Assembly (NCBI GenBank): GCA_964106915.2
Contig: OZ066914.1
Source of the DNA: Podarcis gaigeae
Taxonomy: Eukaryota
DNA: 64,000 nucleotides
Direction: 5' to 3' (one strand)
Position 1 is the stretch's first letter. Every line of letters begins with the position of its first letter. Below, one piece after another: positions 1-11,077 of this stretch. A program made the position numbers and the translations under genes. The notes beneath the pieces are model-generated. The model ran no database searches, had not been told where the DNA came from, and was given only the letters and a program-made list of their open reading frames with translations.

Positions 1-61
1 CAGAGCCCAGCTGGTCGAAGCATGAGTCTCTCTGCTTCATGCCAAGCAGAGCCTCCTGAAC
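1..61 (-). other. Candidate exon edge of an unidentified minus-strand gene (3' splice acceptor; exon runs off the window)
   Basis: Minus strand reads (CT)n polypyrimidine tract ...ctctgccgCAG|GTTCAGGAGG, with AG at 63-62. ATGs at 40-38 (GGCATGA, frame VQEALLGMKQRDSCFDQLGS) and 23-21 (MLRPAGL). Protein not recognised. Confidence 0.45.
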
Positions 62-68
62 CTGCGGC

Positions 69-95
69 AGAGAGAGAGAGACAGAGAGAGAGAGA
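69..95. repeat. (GA)n microsatellite, also the polypyrimidine tract of the candidate acceptor
   Basis: agagagagagagacagagagagagaga. Confidence 0.95.
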
Positions 96-877
96 AGGGT
101 TGGTTGGTGCCCCTCCTGCAGTGCTTGTTATCACAGGCAGGTCAGGCTCTCAATGAGGGCGGCAGGCAGCACTGCTTTGGGGAGATCCGGGATGACAAGA
201 TGTCCGGTCTAATTATACATGTGCCGCCAGAGGGGCTGGTGCAGCCATCATGGCTGGTTCCTCTGCAGGCTGTTCAACTCTTTGCACAGAGAAGCCTAAG
301 AGGAAGGGGCATGGGATGGCAGGCAGGCAGGCGGGTGCATAGCCGGGTGGGCAGCAGAGAGGGCAAATGGGGGGAGCACCCAATACGTCCAGGCCCCATG
401 CAACGTTAGTCAGGCAATGGGGTTTCTCTTTTTTAAAAACATCAAAAACTCACATACACCACACAAACATTACTAGACAAACAGCACAACTACTCTTCCA
501 AAGAATGTGGATACAATCAAAGTGTCATGCCCAGCATGATTCAGTGCAAAATAAAAATGGGGAGGGAATATGCATTGGTTAAGCTGCCTGGGAAGTTGTG
601 GATTTGGTTTCACAATTTGCAAATTCCAATTCAGGATGATGGATGCTTCACAAATAATGATCAGAGCACTTAGCATGTATATAATAATTTTTAAATCTTC
701 AAAACAGCTCACATATATGAATTTCAGTAATTCTTACAAGAGTCCTGGTAAAGAAGTCTTGGCCAAACATATTTAATGGAGTGGGGGAACTAGGGTCAAT
801 ACCAGCCTGGACATTTCCATCTAACATACACATCCATAGGGCACGAAGGACTTTTAAAACAGTGGAGTGTGAGTGTG

Positions 878-926
878 TAGATAGGTAAGTAGGTAGGTAA
901 GTAAGTAAGTAGGTAGATAGATAGAT
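878..926. repeat. Compound TAGG/TAAG/TAGA tetranucleotide microsatellite
   Basis: tagataggtaagtaggtaggtaagtaagtaagtaggtagatagatagat. Confidence 0.9.
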
Positions 927-1212
927 ATCTCACATACTGTGGGTGTCCTCTTGTACTCCATCCTTTCTTCAGCCTTGCCTATTTACCTCCATCCAAGTTA
1001 ACCCACCAACAAAAATCCAGTCCGTACAGAGGAAAACAGAACTGGCCCAGGGCTTCACCTATGCCAGAATCTGCATCCAATACTAGAGCTGAGTCTACAA
1101 TAAAATTGCTTCTGGGCATACACAGGCTGCATTTCTGTCATCACTGAGCAACAACAGCTTACTTACTCCCTACACCCTTAAAGAAAAATAGTGGCTGCTT
1201 ACTAAGGAACTA

Positions 1213-1606
1213 GGGACGCGGGTGGCACTGTGGGTTAAACCACAGAGCCTAGGACATGCCGATCAGAAGGTCGCCAGTTCGAATCCCCGCGATGGGGTGA
1301 GTTCCCGTTGCTCGGTCCCTGCTCCTGCCAACCTAGCATGCTTTGAAAGCATGTCAAAGTGCAAGTAGATAAATAGGTACCACTCTGGCGAGACAGCATT
1401 TCCGTGCGCTGCTCTGGTTCACCAGAAGCGGCTTAGTCATGCTGGCCACATGACCCGGAAGCTGTACACCGGCTCCCTCGGCCAATAAAGTGAGATGAGT
1501 GCCGCAACCCCAGAGTCGGCCAATAAAGTGAGATGAGTGCCGCAACCCCAGAGTTGGCCACGACTGGACCTAATGGTCGGGGGTCCCTTTACCTTTACCT
1601 TTATCT
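1213..1606 (+). mobile_element. Sauria SINE (Squam1 type), full length, with internal 38-bp duplication
   Basis: GGGACGCGGGTGGC head, B-box AGTTCGAATCC, body motif GCAAGTAGATAAATAGGTACC, (ACCTTT)n tail. 14-bp TSD TTACTAAGGAACTA at 1199-1212 and 1607-1620. Confidence 0.95.
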
Positions 1607-1659
1607 TTACTAAGGAACTACCATACCACAGCTTAGGTTATAGGATCATTACCAGAGAG

Positions 1660-2045
1660 TAGTCCTTGACACCTGTTTGAAACTCAGATATTTGAAGGAC
1701 TTCACAATCCCACATGTGTCTCTTTGTGCCTTCAGTGTCAGAGGATCTTCTCTGTGTGGCATGAGGCAGGGCCTCTTCAGTTATTGTGCTATGGCTCTTC
1801 TAATTTTGTTCTGCGGTGGGCCCACCTGGCCCAGTCATCACTAATTTGGCTCATTAAGGATGCTTTTGGATGCTGACACTATGTTTTTTAAGTTATGGTG
1901 GTGGTGGTGATGTTGTTCGAAACTGTTTTACTAGATACTGTTGTATTGCTCTATTATTTCTTGCTTGCATCTACAAGCTGCATGGGGAGGAGGTCATTTG
2001 GGATCAAAAGTGCATGGCATGAAATAAGGTAAGTACATAAATAAG
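1660..2045 (+). mobile_element. Degraded L2 LINE 3' end
   Basis: CAGGGCCTCTTCAGT (RAFS-like), T-rich 3' UTR, ends in AAATAA-type repeats. Confidence 0.45.
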
Positions 2046-2244
2046 TCCACCAATTCTTTAAAGATAATTACATCTCCTGCATGGACCCAGAACTCAGCAA
2101 AACTCTAAAACAACACTGGCTAGATGTTCATTTGAATTTTATCATCCACACATCCTGAGGATGTGTCTCCAGATCTTCCCTGGAAAACTTGTTCCCAGGT
2201 CTTTCAACAGGTGCAAAGTTTATTCTAGTGTGTGCTAAATGTAA

Positions 2245-2553
2245 GCGCTTATCCACACCTTTCCTTCACTCTTTCAAGGAAAGGTCCGCACAGAAAAGCT
2301 CAGTGTCCAAATGTGACATCTTTTGTCCCAGAGTTTTCCCTGTGGAAACCCGCTCTTTAAAGCTCAGTCGGAGCAAACAAAAATCTGTGGAAAACCCGAA
2401 TTGACATTTATTTACTCTGAGTGCTAAAGAGCAGGGTTTTGTGGGGAAAGCTCTGGGGCAAAAAGAACAACAACAAAAACATTCAGACAAGGAGCTTTTA
2501 AGCATGGATTTGTGTTTGGAAAGAACGGGGCAAAAGTAAGTTTGGATAAGCCC
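2245..2553. mobile_element. PIF/Harbinger-type MITE
   Basis: TIRs GCGCTTATCCACAC / GTTTGGATAAGCCC; TAA duplication at 2242-2244 and 2554-2556; internal dyad symmetry. Confidence 0.8.
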
Positions 2554-3227
2554 TAAGTCTCCCTGCAGTTTCCAATCAATAGGCTTTATGGGTAGACTCG
2601 AACATTTGCAAACCTTTTATTAGCTGAAGACATATTGCTCAGTGTTTTTATGTTTAAAATTGCTAAACTGCACCTTCATCCACACACATGAATTACAGGG
2701 CAATGTACATAAAAAGACAAATAACCGTACAATATTGAAACAAGCAATAAATATCATAACCATATAATTAACTGTTTAAAAGTAAAAAGCCTGAAACTAT
2801 TTAACCAACTAACATGATGCAGTAGATTGGGGTAGCTGAAGGTGATTGGGAAGATGAGTCCAAAAACTTCTGGAGGATACTGTGTCGGACTACCTCTGCA
2901 TAAAAGCCGGGGCAGATAAAAACATATTAGCCAAAAGGAGTACACAGTTCGTGCCTGCCATATTCTCTCCGGGAAGGTATTTCAAAGCACAGTCTTCTTC
3001 AAATATTTCTATTTCCTTCTCTGAAAACATCCAGTTACTTCAATGTTTCCTCCACTTTCCTTCCACCTTTCAAAGTCCAGCCAAGGGCAAACTAGAGTCA
3101 GGTATTGTGTGAAAGCACACAACAAAGGTGTATTGATGTACAGAATATAGATGTACAGAAACACCCTGAATTCTGGCGTCAGTATCATGTAGGGAAATTC
3201 AGCACCTTTGCTCTTTCATTCCAGGGG

Positions 3228-3425
3228 CAGGGGAGATACAGCTGCATGGCAGAGAATATGCTTTGCAAGCGGAAGGCCCCAATTTAAATCCCTGGTGTTT
3301 TCCTTTATGCATCTTGGGTAACAGGAATGGGAAATTTGAGGCTTTAGAGAACTGCTACCAATCAGAAGGGACAATCTTGGTCCAGATGATCGGAGTCAGA
3401 TCACTGGTCGGCTTCACGCATGTAG
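3228..3425 (+). mobile_element. Old tRNA-Ala-derived squamate SINE
   Basis: Degenerate head GCAGAGAATATGCTTTGCAAGCGGAAGGCCCC and body AGAGAACTGCTACCAATCAG..GACAAT, matching copies at 14048 and 18773. Confidence 0.6.
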
Positions 3426-3699
3426 GTAGTAGGAAACAATGAGCAACCCCAGCAGCCTGGTGTGCTGCCTGTCTTTTGAGAAGACAGTGCAGTTTTTCTG
3501 ACCCCAGTGCAAACCCAGCCTCATAGCCCGAGAAGTAGGACAGCCACTACCCTATTGCAAAGTTGCAATCACTGCTATTCATCCGCTCACATCAGTGGGC
3601 TGAACACAGGGACAACATGCTTGTCCAGTTCCAGAGAGGCATGTTTTGCATCTACAGAGATTATCAATGCAATGTTGGTTCTATACTTGCTCTACTGTT

Positions 3700-4075
3700 C
3701 AGTTGAACAGCTTGGGACCCAGATCTTCCAGAAAGACCCTTCCCCCTTTAGCAGAGGTATACTATGCTTCTACTAAGGAGAGGGCTTTTTCTGTGGTAGC
3801 ACCTTGTCTTTAGAATACCCTCCCTAAAGGGGGGGGGGGGTTGACACCAGGTGAAAACCCTTCTTTTTGTCCAGGTATTTTAATCATATATACTTTTTGG
3901 AATTGTGGTTCATTTGTTTGTTAGCTTTTGGTGTTTTGTGTTCTATTTTGTTATACTTATTTGTTGGTTTAAAATGAACTCTTGCTGTGTGGTTTTGTTT
4001 TATTTACGCTTTTTGTACACTGTTCTTAGAACCTTTTGATGAAGGATGGTTAAGAAATATTTTAATTAATAATAA
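3700..4075 (+). mobile_element. L2 LINE 3' end
   Basis: GAGAGGGCTTTTTCTGTGGTAGCACC..TAGAATACCCTCCC (RAFSVVAP..WN.LP-like), T-rich UTR, TAATTAATAATAA tail. Confidence 0.75.
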
Positions 4076-4089
4076 GCCAGTGAGATTTC

Positions 4090-4325
4090 ATTTGAATTCT
4101 CATGGAATGTAAATGTATCCACATATTCATCCATCATTTGTATGTTTACCCATCTTTCCCTCCATTGTTCATTATGGTTAGCAACTGTGCTACGCTTCTG
4201 GATTGTAACAATGGATCTTATTCTACTCTTGCTATGGCTCACGTGCTCATCCCACAATATGGTGTTCTTCCATTTATGAACATTCATGGCTATATCCTTT
4301 GTACCTGCTGCTGCACCATTTCCTT
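4090..4325 (-). mobile_element. Possible L1 ORF2 C-terminal remnant
   Basis: Minus frame AA..DIA...HKWKN...W.......EQWRERW loosely resembles a vertebrate L1 ORF2 tail; weak. Confidence 0.25.
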
Positions 4326-4454
4326 CAGCACTATAGACAGCAAATGCTAATATTTCTCCTCCAAGACCAAAGATGCTTCCGTGCAGAGCTGTGACTTTAA
4401 GCAGAGACTGTTGACTCTGCTACATCAGTTTCCACTGGATCACAGATTCTAAAC

Positions 4455-4661
4455 AAGAACTTTCCAAACTGTGTGTCGTGACACATTAGTGTGACGACTG
4501 CATTGTGTAAGGGTGTTGCGTGAATGCTTCCCGCGCTCCTCCCAGGGCTGGAAAGGGGTTAGTTTAACCTCCGGTTTGCTAGTAAAACTGAATTACTGTG
4601 TTGCAAAAACGATGCATGTCTAAAAAGTGTGTCATCAACATGAAAAGTTTTGAAAGCTGTG
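4455..4661. mobile_element. hAT-family MITE
   Basis: TIRs AAGAACTTTCCAAACT / AGTTTTGAAAGCTGTG; perfect 8-bp TSD TTCTAAAC at 4447-4454 and 4662-4669. Confidence 0.88.
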
Positions 4662-6074
4662 TTCTAAACCTTCCCAATTAGCAACAAGAATTGAGAAACT
4701 GCCCTTCTGAGCATTCTGGCATTCTGCAGCTAGAACAGCTGAGGTCAGAGATGGTCAAACTTTTTTTCTGTTGAGGGCCTGTTCTGGGCGGCAAGGTGGG
4801 TGGAGCCACCCATGTTCTCTTCTTGCCACCCCTTTCCCCCCACCCTTTCCCCTCTATATCTCTCTGCAATATCCTCTGTATTCTCAATTTAAGTATGTTT
4901 AACAAATTAACGTTAATTTCTAACAGATCACATAAATTACTGAATACAACACATGCATTTTGTTTACTTGGCCAAGTTTAATTATTATATCTTTTTTACT
5001 ACCAATAATCACTGGATTTGCCAACACCATTTCCCTACAATGCATTAGAGTACTATTTTCCACTGCTATGGAAGTTACATGTGATCACAGACTGGTCATT
5101 TCATAGGGGTAATTCTTGGGATGACTCCCAAGTCACATGATGTTCGGGTAATGCACCAGTCAGCTTTGTTGCAATGGGCAGAGGTGGGTATGTTTAGGGC
5201 AACTGCAACATTAACATGAAAGGTACTGAAAGCCCTGTGGCTTGCGGTTGAAATGCTGCCAACCTACAGAAAACATGGTTCATGTTTTCAATTATATTAG
5301 TGGTGGGTAAGTGTGCAATTCTGCCATGGCAAGTGTGCACCCCAGGTTTAGCTACAACATTTGTCAAATATGAAGAGCCATGGGGAAACCTAGTGACAGA
5401 CATGTAGGTAAGTCTCACATGGAAGAATTAATATTTAAACCAGGTGAACTATTTCTACTTCCCAGCAACATCTTTTTAAAAAGTTAATCAATAATGCCGG
5501 GCCGTTCTTACTTTGCAGGTATCCAGTCTTCTCCTGAGTCTCCAGAATTGGGTGGCAATGAACCCCAGTCTATAAAGGAGGAACTGGAAGGGAGTTTGCT
5601 TGGGGAGTGATGAGCAACTGAAAAAAATTTCCCCAGCTGTTTTAAACCAAAATAGCATCTACCATGCCCCTACAAGCACCCTCACCAAGCCCCATATTTC
5701 TTGTTGCCCAAGGATCATAGTAAGTCCCCAAATGTTGGTGAGGAGGCGCTCCCAGGTATGTCCTCCCAGCACACCTTGAAGCCAAACCAGCACAGGCAAC
5801 AGTAAAAGGGAACTGTCCACCAGAATGCTCAGTGTTATCCTGACAGAAGGCTTCATTACTCCATAATCCTAGACGTGATTTTTTTTTTGGGGGGGGGGGG
5901 TTGAATTTGCTCTCCAACTGGGAAGGGAAGGAAGCATGTGCTCTGAGAAATTGAGAGTACTATTAACAACCACTGAACAGAAGGGAATTTTTAAAACAAG
6001 TCCCTTGGGAAAGTACAGAGCACATTTTAGAACCTGCAATTTGCTATTGATAACATTCTCCTATCTTCTATCCA

Positions 6075-6078
<4 letters not shown>

Positions 6079-6121
<43 letters not shown>
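6079..6121. repeat. (CA)n microsatellite, about 21 units
   Basis: Perfect AC run. Confidence 0.98.
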
Positions 6122-6371
6122 AATGGGGTATAAGGAACTTTCTGGAATGGTGGGGGTGGGGACTGGGGCACTTCAGCCACTGTCTTGTGGTCACTGAGAC
6201 TCAAATCAGCCTACTGATATTGGGAGTTCAGTTTTCAAAAGATTTAGAGGAATGAATGGTTTGGTTTCACTTATTTGGGAGAGGGGAACAATAATACCTA
6301 TTACATATTTAAAGAACTTTTATAAAAGTTCTTTACAGAGAGTAAAGCAAACTCACTAACAATGACTTTTT

Positions 6372-7890
6372 ATCACTGAGACCTGGGTGGGTGAGCAGGG
6401 TGCTCGACTCACCCAGCTGTGCCCACCTGGATACTTGGCTGCAGCATCATGGCAGATTTGAGGATCAGGGAGGAGGAGTTAGTGTGGTCTACAGAAATGA
6501 TCTTTCTCACTCTCCAGGCTCTCTGTTCATGGGCGGGCGGGGGGGGGGGGATCTAGAATGTGTGTTCCTGTCATCTGACAACCAGAACAGATTAGGGATT
6601 CTGCTGGTTTACTGCACGCCTCACTGCCCAGCAACCTCCCTGCCTGAGCAGACAGAACTAGTCTTGGAGGTGGTGTTGAAGACTTCAGCATTCATGCTGA
6701 GATGACTGGCTCTGGGGTGGCTCAAGACTTAATGGCTGCCATGGCAATAATGGGGCTGCCCCAACATGTCACCACCCTAATGCATGTGGCAGGCCACACT
6801 CTGGACCTTGTTTTCTCAACTGTGCAGGAAAAGGGTGATCTGGAAGGGGGGGGTATTGACACCAATCCCTTTTAATGATCAAATCACTTCCTGTTGAGAT
6901 TTAGACTTTCAGCACCTCTTCCCCTGTGCAGAGGCAGGGGACCTATTATGACGGTCGGCTCTCAAGGCTGATTGATCAAATGGGTTTCCACATGGCTCTG
7001 GGGGATCTTCTGGCTGATATGACTGGTGCTCCTGTTGAAGCCCTGGCCAACCTCTGGAACACCTGAATGGCTCAGGCCATTGACACAATTGCTCCTGAGC
7101 ACCCTCTCTTACTTCATGGAATTTGTTTAGCTCCCTGATATACTGCAGAGCTAGGGAGGAGGAAGCAAGCTGAGAAATGACTTGAATGTGAGTGGAGGAA
7201 AAGTGCAACCAAACATCGAGCCTACCTAGTGGTAGTGAAGACAGCATAGAAGGCATACTTTGCTGCCTCTATTGCATCCTCATTGTGCTGTCCAGCAAAG
7301 CTTTTCTAGGTAGTGCGGGGCCTTTTACAGTTTGACCCGAAGAAGGTGACAGAACCAATGGTAGATCATTTGCAAAGTGTTTTGATTTGTTTGCAAAGCA
7401 TTTTGAGGATAGATTCACTTGAATCCACCAGGACTTTGACTCCACTGTTACAGTAGATGAATCTCAACAGGGGTCCAGAGCATTGTCTAGTTCTGTTATG
7501 TTGGATGAGTTTCAGCTATAATAATAATAATTTATTATTTGTACCCCGCCCATCTGGCTAGGTTTCCTCAGCCACTCTGGGCGGCTTCCAACGAAGATTA
7601 AAAATACATTGAATTAGTTAGTAATGCTCAAGGATGTGGACAATGTGTTTGGATCAATCAGGACAACCAGTTGTGCTCTGGACCCTTGCCCATCTTGTCT
7701 GATAAAAACTAGTAGGGATGGGGTAGCTGGCTGGGCCAGGGAGGTGATTAATGTCTCCTTTGAAGAGGTGGTGGTCCCTGCCTGCTTGAAAGAGACAGTG
7801 GTATTTTTGTATTTTAACACTGTAAACCACCCTGTGATTTTCATATGAAGGGCAGTATAGAAATTTTATAAATAATGATAATAATAGAAT
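6372..7890 (+). mobile_element. L2 LINE ORF2 pseudogene: APE endonuclease to pre-RT region, joined to a 3' UTR with the RT absent
   Basis: Frameshifted motifs ITETW (6372), GGGVSVVY, LGILLVY, HVAGHTLDLVF, TTSCALDPCPS.LIK, EVINVSFEE.VVPACLKETVV. From 7803 the L2 tail TGTAAACCACCCTGTGAT..GAAGGGCAGTATAGAAAT..AATAAT follows. Confidence 0.9.
7519..7612 (-). mobile_element. Short 5'-truncated younger L2 3' tail inserted antisense into the older L2
   Basis: (TAA)n, then TTTGTACCCCGCCCATCTGGCT..CAGCCACTCTGGGCGGCTTCCAAC, interrupting the host ORF. Confidence 0.8.
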
Positions 7891-9064
7891 AATATTTGCA
7901 CTTTTAAATTCTATTTTCAAAAAAGTGAGTGGAGCTAACTGACATACAACAGGGTTTTTTCTTTGCCAGACCCCCCCCCCAAATAGTACAGAATATTGAG
8001 CACAATCAAGACTACAGCTAGCACTGTTAACTCCTCCCATTACAATCAAGGAAACTTAATGAGTACACAGACATTTCTCCCATTATAATCAATGGGGCTT
8101 TAAAGTGCTAAACTTAGGCTATAACATGCCCACTGTGACCCCTGATTATGTGAGTTTATGTGCTGTTTATTACTGGACCCTAGTCGGATTTCTATTTTGC
8201 ATAAACCATTTATTACAAAAAAGTGTTCATTCTAAACTGCAGTTATGATAAACCATTTATATATTTTCTCCTGTTATGCTTCAATTCCCCCCCCCCAGTT
8301 TTTTTATTAAGATTTGTGAAAAAGATGATTGCACAATGTTGCAAACTAAAACATATTATGAATGTAAAACCCCCCAATACAAAACGAACAGAAAAAGAAA
8401 CACATATATAAAACTAAACAATCAATTCTTGCCTGCCACCAGATACAGCAACACAAGCAAGAATGTTTGTTCATATACAGCAATGCATAATCACAGTCTC
8501 ATTTGGGGGCTGTAATTTTCTGGTCTTTTCCTGGGACAGAAGTGACCTCTGTGGGCTATTAATACATATTTGTAGTTTCCTCTTTTTGGTTAAAATTAGG
8601 GGGAAAGGGGGTGGACTCTTTTTAGCATTGGCCAGATTTCTTTGCACCCTCTTGCTCCTGTGCTGTAGATATGCAGCAACAGAAACTGAATTTTGGGTTC
8701 CACAGTTCATTCCACTTGCTAGCATGACCGTGAATGAATTCTGCTGCCAAAAGAGAACAGAGAAAAAGCATTGGCCTCACTAGCAACTAGATTGGCCCCT
8801 TGGTCTTTCTCTAATTGACAATGACAAATCAAGAGACTTTAGCAGGTTGCCAGCCTCTTCAGGCCTATAGCCTCACTTTTCAGCTCAAGCTGTTGAGCTG
8901 CCATAGCCAGGGATTCTTTCTCGTCTTCCACCATGCTTCAACTCTGCAATTGGTTGCCTTTGCCAACTCCAAAAGTGCATCCTCCCTTGGTCAGTAGGGC
9001 AGTCAGCCACTCTACAGTCAACAATGGTGCCAGCTCAGAGGGCACTGGGGAGTCCCCACGTGTA

Positions 9065-9528
9065 CAGACATAACTCTTTTTCTTGTGCTTTGCTTTATTG
9101 CGCTTTGCAGATACTGTTCCTTCAGAGGATGTGGGTGTAGCTGAAGGCTTCCAGGGGAAAGAAGCCTCCTGCCATCACTGCCCATCCTGCCCCTTCAGCC
9201 GTAACTTTTACATGCACTAGGAAACAAAAAACAAACAAACCTGTCACTTGCTATACAGTGGTACCTCTGGTTACGTACTTAATTCGTTCCAGAGGTCCGT
9301 TCTTAACCTGAAACTGTTCTTAACCTGAAGCACCACTTTAGCTAATGGGGTCTCCCGCTGCCGCCACACGATTTCTGTTCTCATCCTGAAGCAAAGTTCT
9401 TAACCCGAGGTACTATTTATGGGTTAGCGGAGTCTGTAACCTGAAGCGTATGTAACCTGAGGTATTGCGATATTCACTTTATTGCTGTGGCCTGGAACTG
9501 AACCCGCAGTATATCTGAGTTATGCCTG
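9065..9528. mobile_element. Non-autonomous Tigger1-like (pogo/TcMar-Tigger) element
   Basis: TIRs CAGACATAACTC / GAGTTATGCCTG with TA on both sides (9063-64, 9529-30). Subterminal GCTTTATTGCGCTTTGCAGATACTG and TTGCGATATTCACTTTATTGCTGTGGCCTGGAACTGAACCCGCAG match my recollection of Tigger1 ends. Confidence 0.85.
9256..9464 (+). mobile_element. Tc1/mariner-pogo MITE (CAGTGGTACCTC family), copy 1, nested in the Tigger1-like element; right TIR clipped
   Basis: TA+CAGTGGTACCTC start; same body as copies at 25262, 51487 and 55213; ends GAGGTA without CCACTG. Confidence 0.9.
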
Positions 9529-10984
9529 TATCTACTCCAAAGAAAACATCCACGGAGTCTTCAGGTTTCAGGATCGCCCATTCAGAATTTGCTCTTCTGG
9601 CCTTTTCTGTGTTTATCCATGGCCACAGAAATATTCCAGGTGAATATTCCTCCACAGGAGTAAATGAACCCAGAGATGTGGCCACAGGGAAAAAAAGCAA
9701 GGAAAAGGAACTTCTGGATGGGCTGCCTTTTTGGCTTAAGACACACACTTCACACCAGGCATTCATAACAAAGCCAAGTTCAACCTTGTAGCATTTTGCC
9801 AAGTTCAAATTTGCAGCACTTTCCAGGCATTTTCCATGGGGCTGGAGCAAGCACAAGTGTGGGTGGTTTGTAAACAAAGGACTGGATGCCACAGAAAGAA
9901 AGAGAAACAGTTGTGGGTGGGTGTATGGTTTTTTGTCCGTGTCCCCCCCCCCCCCAGCAACAGGGTTTTCCCAGCTGAAGAGGAGGCAAGGAAATACATG
10001 AATTCCTTCTATTGAAAGCTGAAATGCCATCAATCAGCTGCAATGCAGGGAAGGAGGAGCAAGTGGGTAGGTGGGAAAGAGGGGCTTAATCACCAGCCCC
10101 TTCTTCTTGCTGAACATCTGGTTGCTTCTGGATAAGAAAGAGGAACCATGTACCCTGCGCTGAGTTGCTCTTGTAGTTTGTGCTTCCAAGGCACAAGTTG
10201 GGAAGCAAAAGAGACTGTCTGGGAAGTAACATAAGGCACGAGCACCGTGCACTGCCATTGACCCTGTGCCATTTATCATTTGAGGTAGGGACTCAAACTA
10301 GTGGTTTATACCACTAGCTGGTGACTGCAAAGTACTTTTATTAGAGGCACAGAGCTGAGGAGTAGGTGGAACAAGACAAAGCAGTAAAGCTCATTAAGCA
10401 AAGGAAAGTGGGATTAATGGAAATACACAAATATAGTTTGATATATGTAGGGTTGAAGTACTAAGCATATTTTTCCATACAAAACAGAACAATCTTTCCC
10501 TTTCCCCCCCTGTGCCCCACCTAATCCTCCAGGGCAGATTCAGGGAGGGCACGAGGAATGTGTGGGGAAAGGAGAAGGGGGAAATCTCCCTGTGCTAATG
10601 CTAATATTTGCAAAAAACAAAACAAAACAAAACCAGTGGAATGTCTCCCACAATGTGGGCTGGGTGAGGGATTTTTTTAACCTAACAAATAATTTGGTGT
10701 TTTCCACCTTATCTAGCATCATGATAAAAGGGTCAACGGTACCTAAACATATAGAAATCAATGGGCTCTGTTCCAAAAACGAGATAGAATTCCATAAGTC
10801 AAGCCACAATGTCACGACCAAAGAGTCCCTAGAAGCCTTGAACTGTACTAGGGAGGGAGGTTTGACAGGACTGACCCCAAACACACTGTATGAGGCAAAG
10901 GACAAGATAGTGCCCTCCCCATTCCATGTACACTTGAATTTTACAGGAACACCTGCAGTGTCCTCCACCACAACGAAGGGAAGC

Positions 10985-11077
10985 AGGCTAGTTTATGGTG
11001 CACTGCTCCTTGCCTTGCTGCACCTGCAGCCTGAGGCACCTACCTCCTGCTGCCTAATGGCAAGGCTAGACCTATGG
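10985..11077. mobile_element. hAT MITE right-end fragment related to 18455-18719
   Basis: GCCTGAGGCACCTACCTCCTGCTGCCTAATGGCAAGGCTAG resembles GCTTGAGGTGGGTGCTTCATTTGGCCTGATGGTAGGGCCAG. Confidence 0.45.

Noticed and set aside
1-61. Assigning a gene symbol to the candidate exon (MLRPAGL loosely recalls signal peptides such as FBLN2 or SEMA3F)
   Set aside because: Only 7-20 residues are visible and I have no confident match.
9479-10033. 184-aa ORF on the minus strand
   Set aside because: Runs through a poly-C tract and ends in a transposon end; no homology recognised.
10232-10250. TAAGGCACG, matching the start of miR-124
   Set aside because: Match ends after 9 nt and there is no precursor hairpin.
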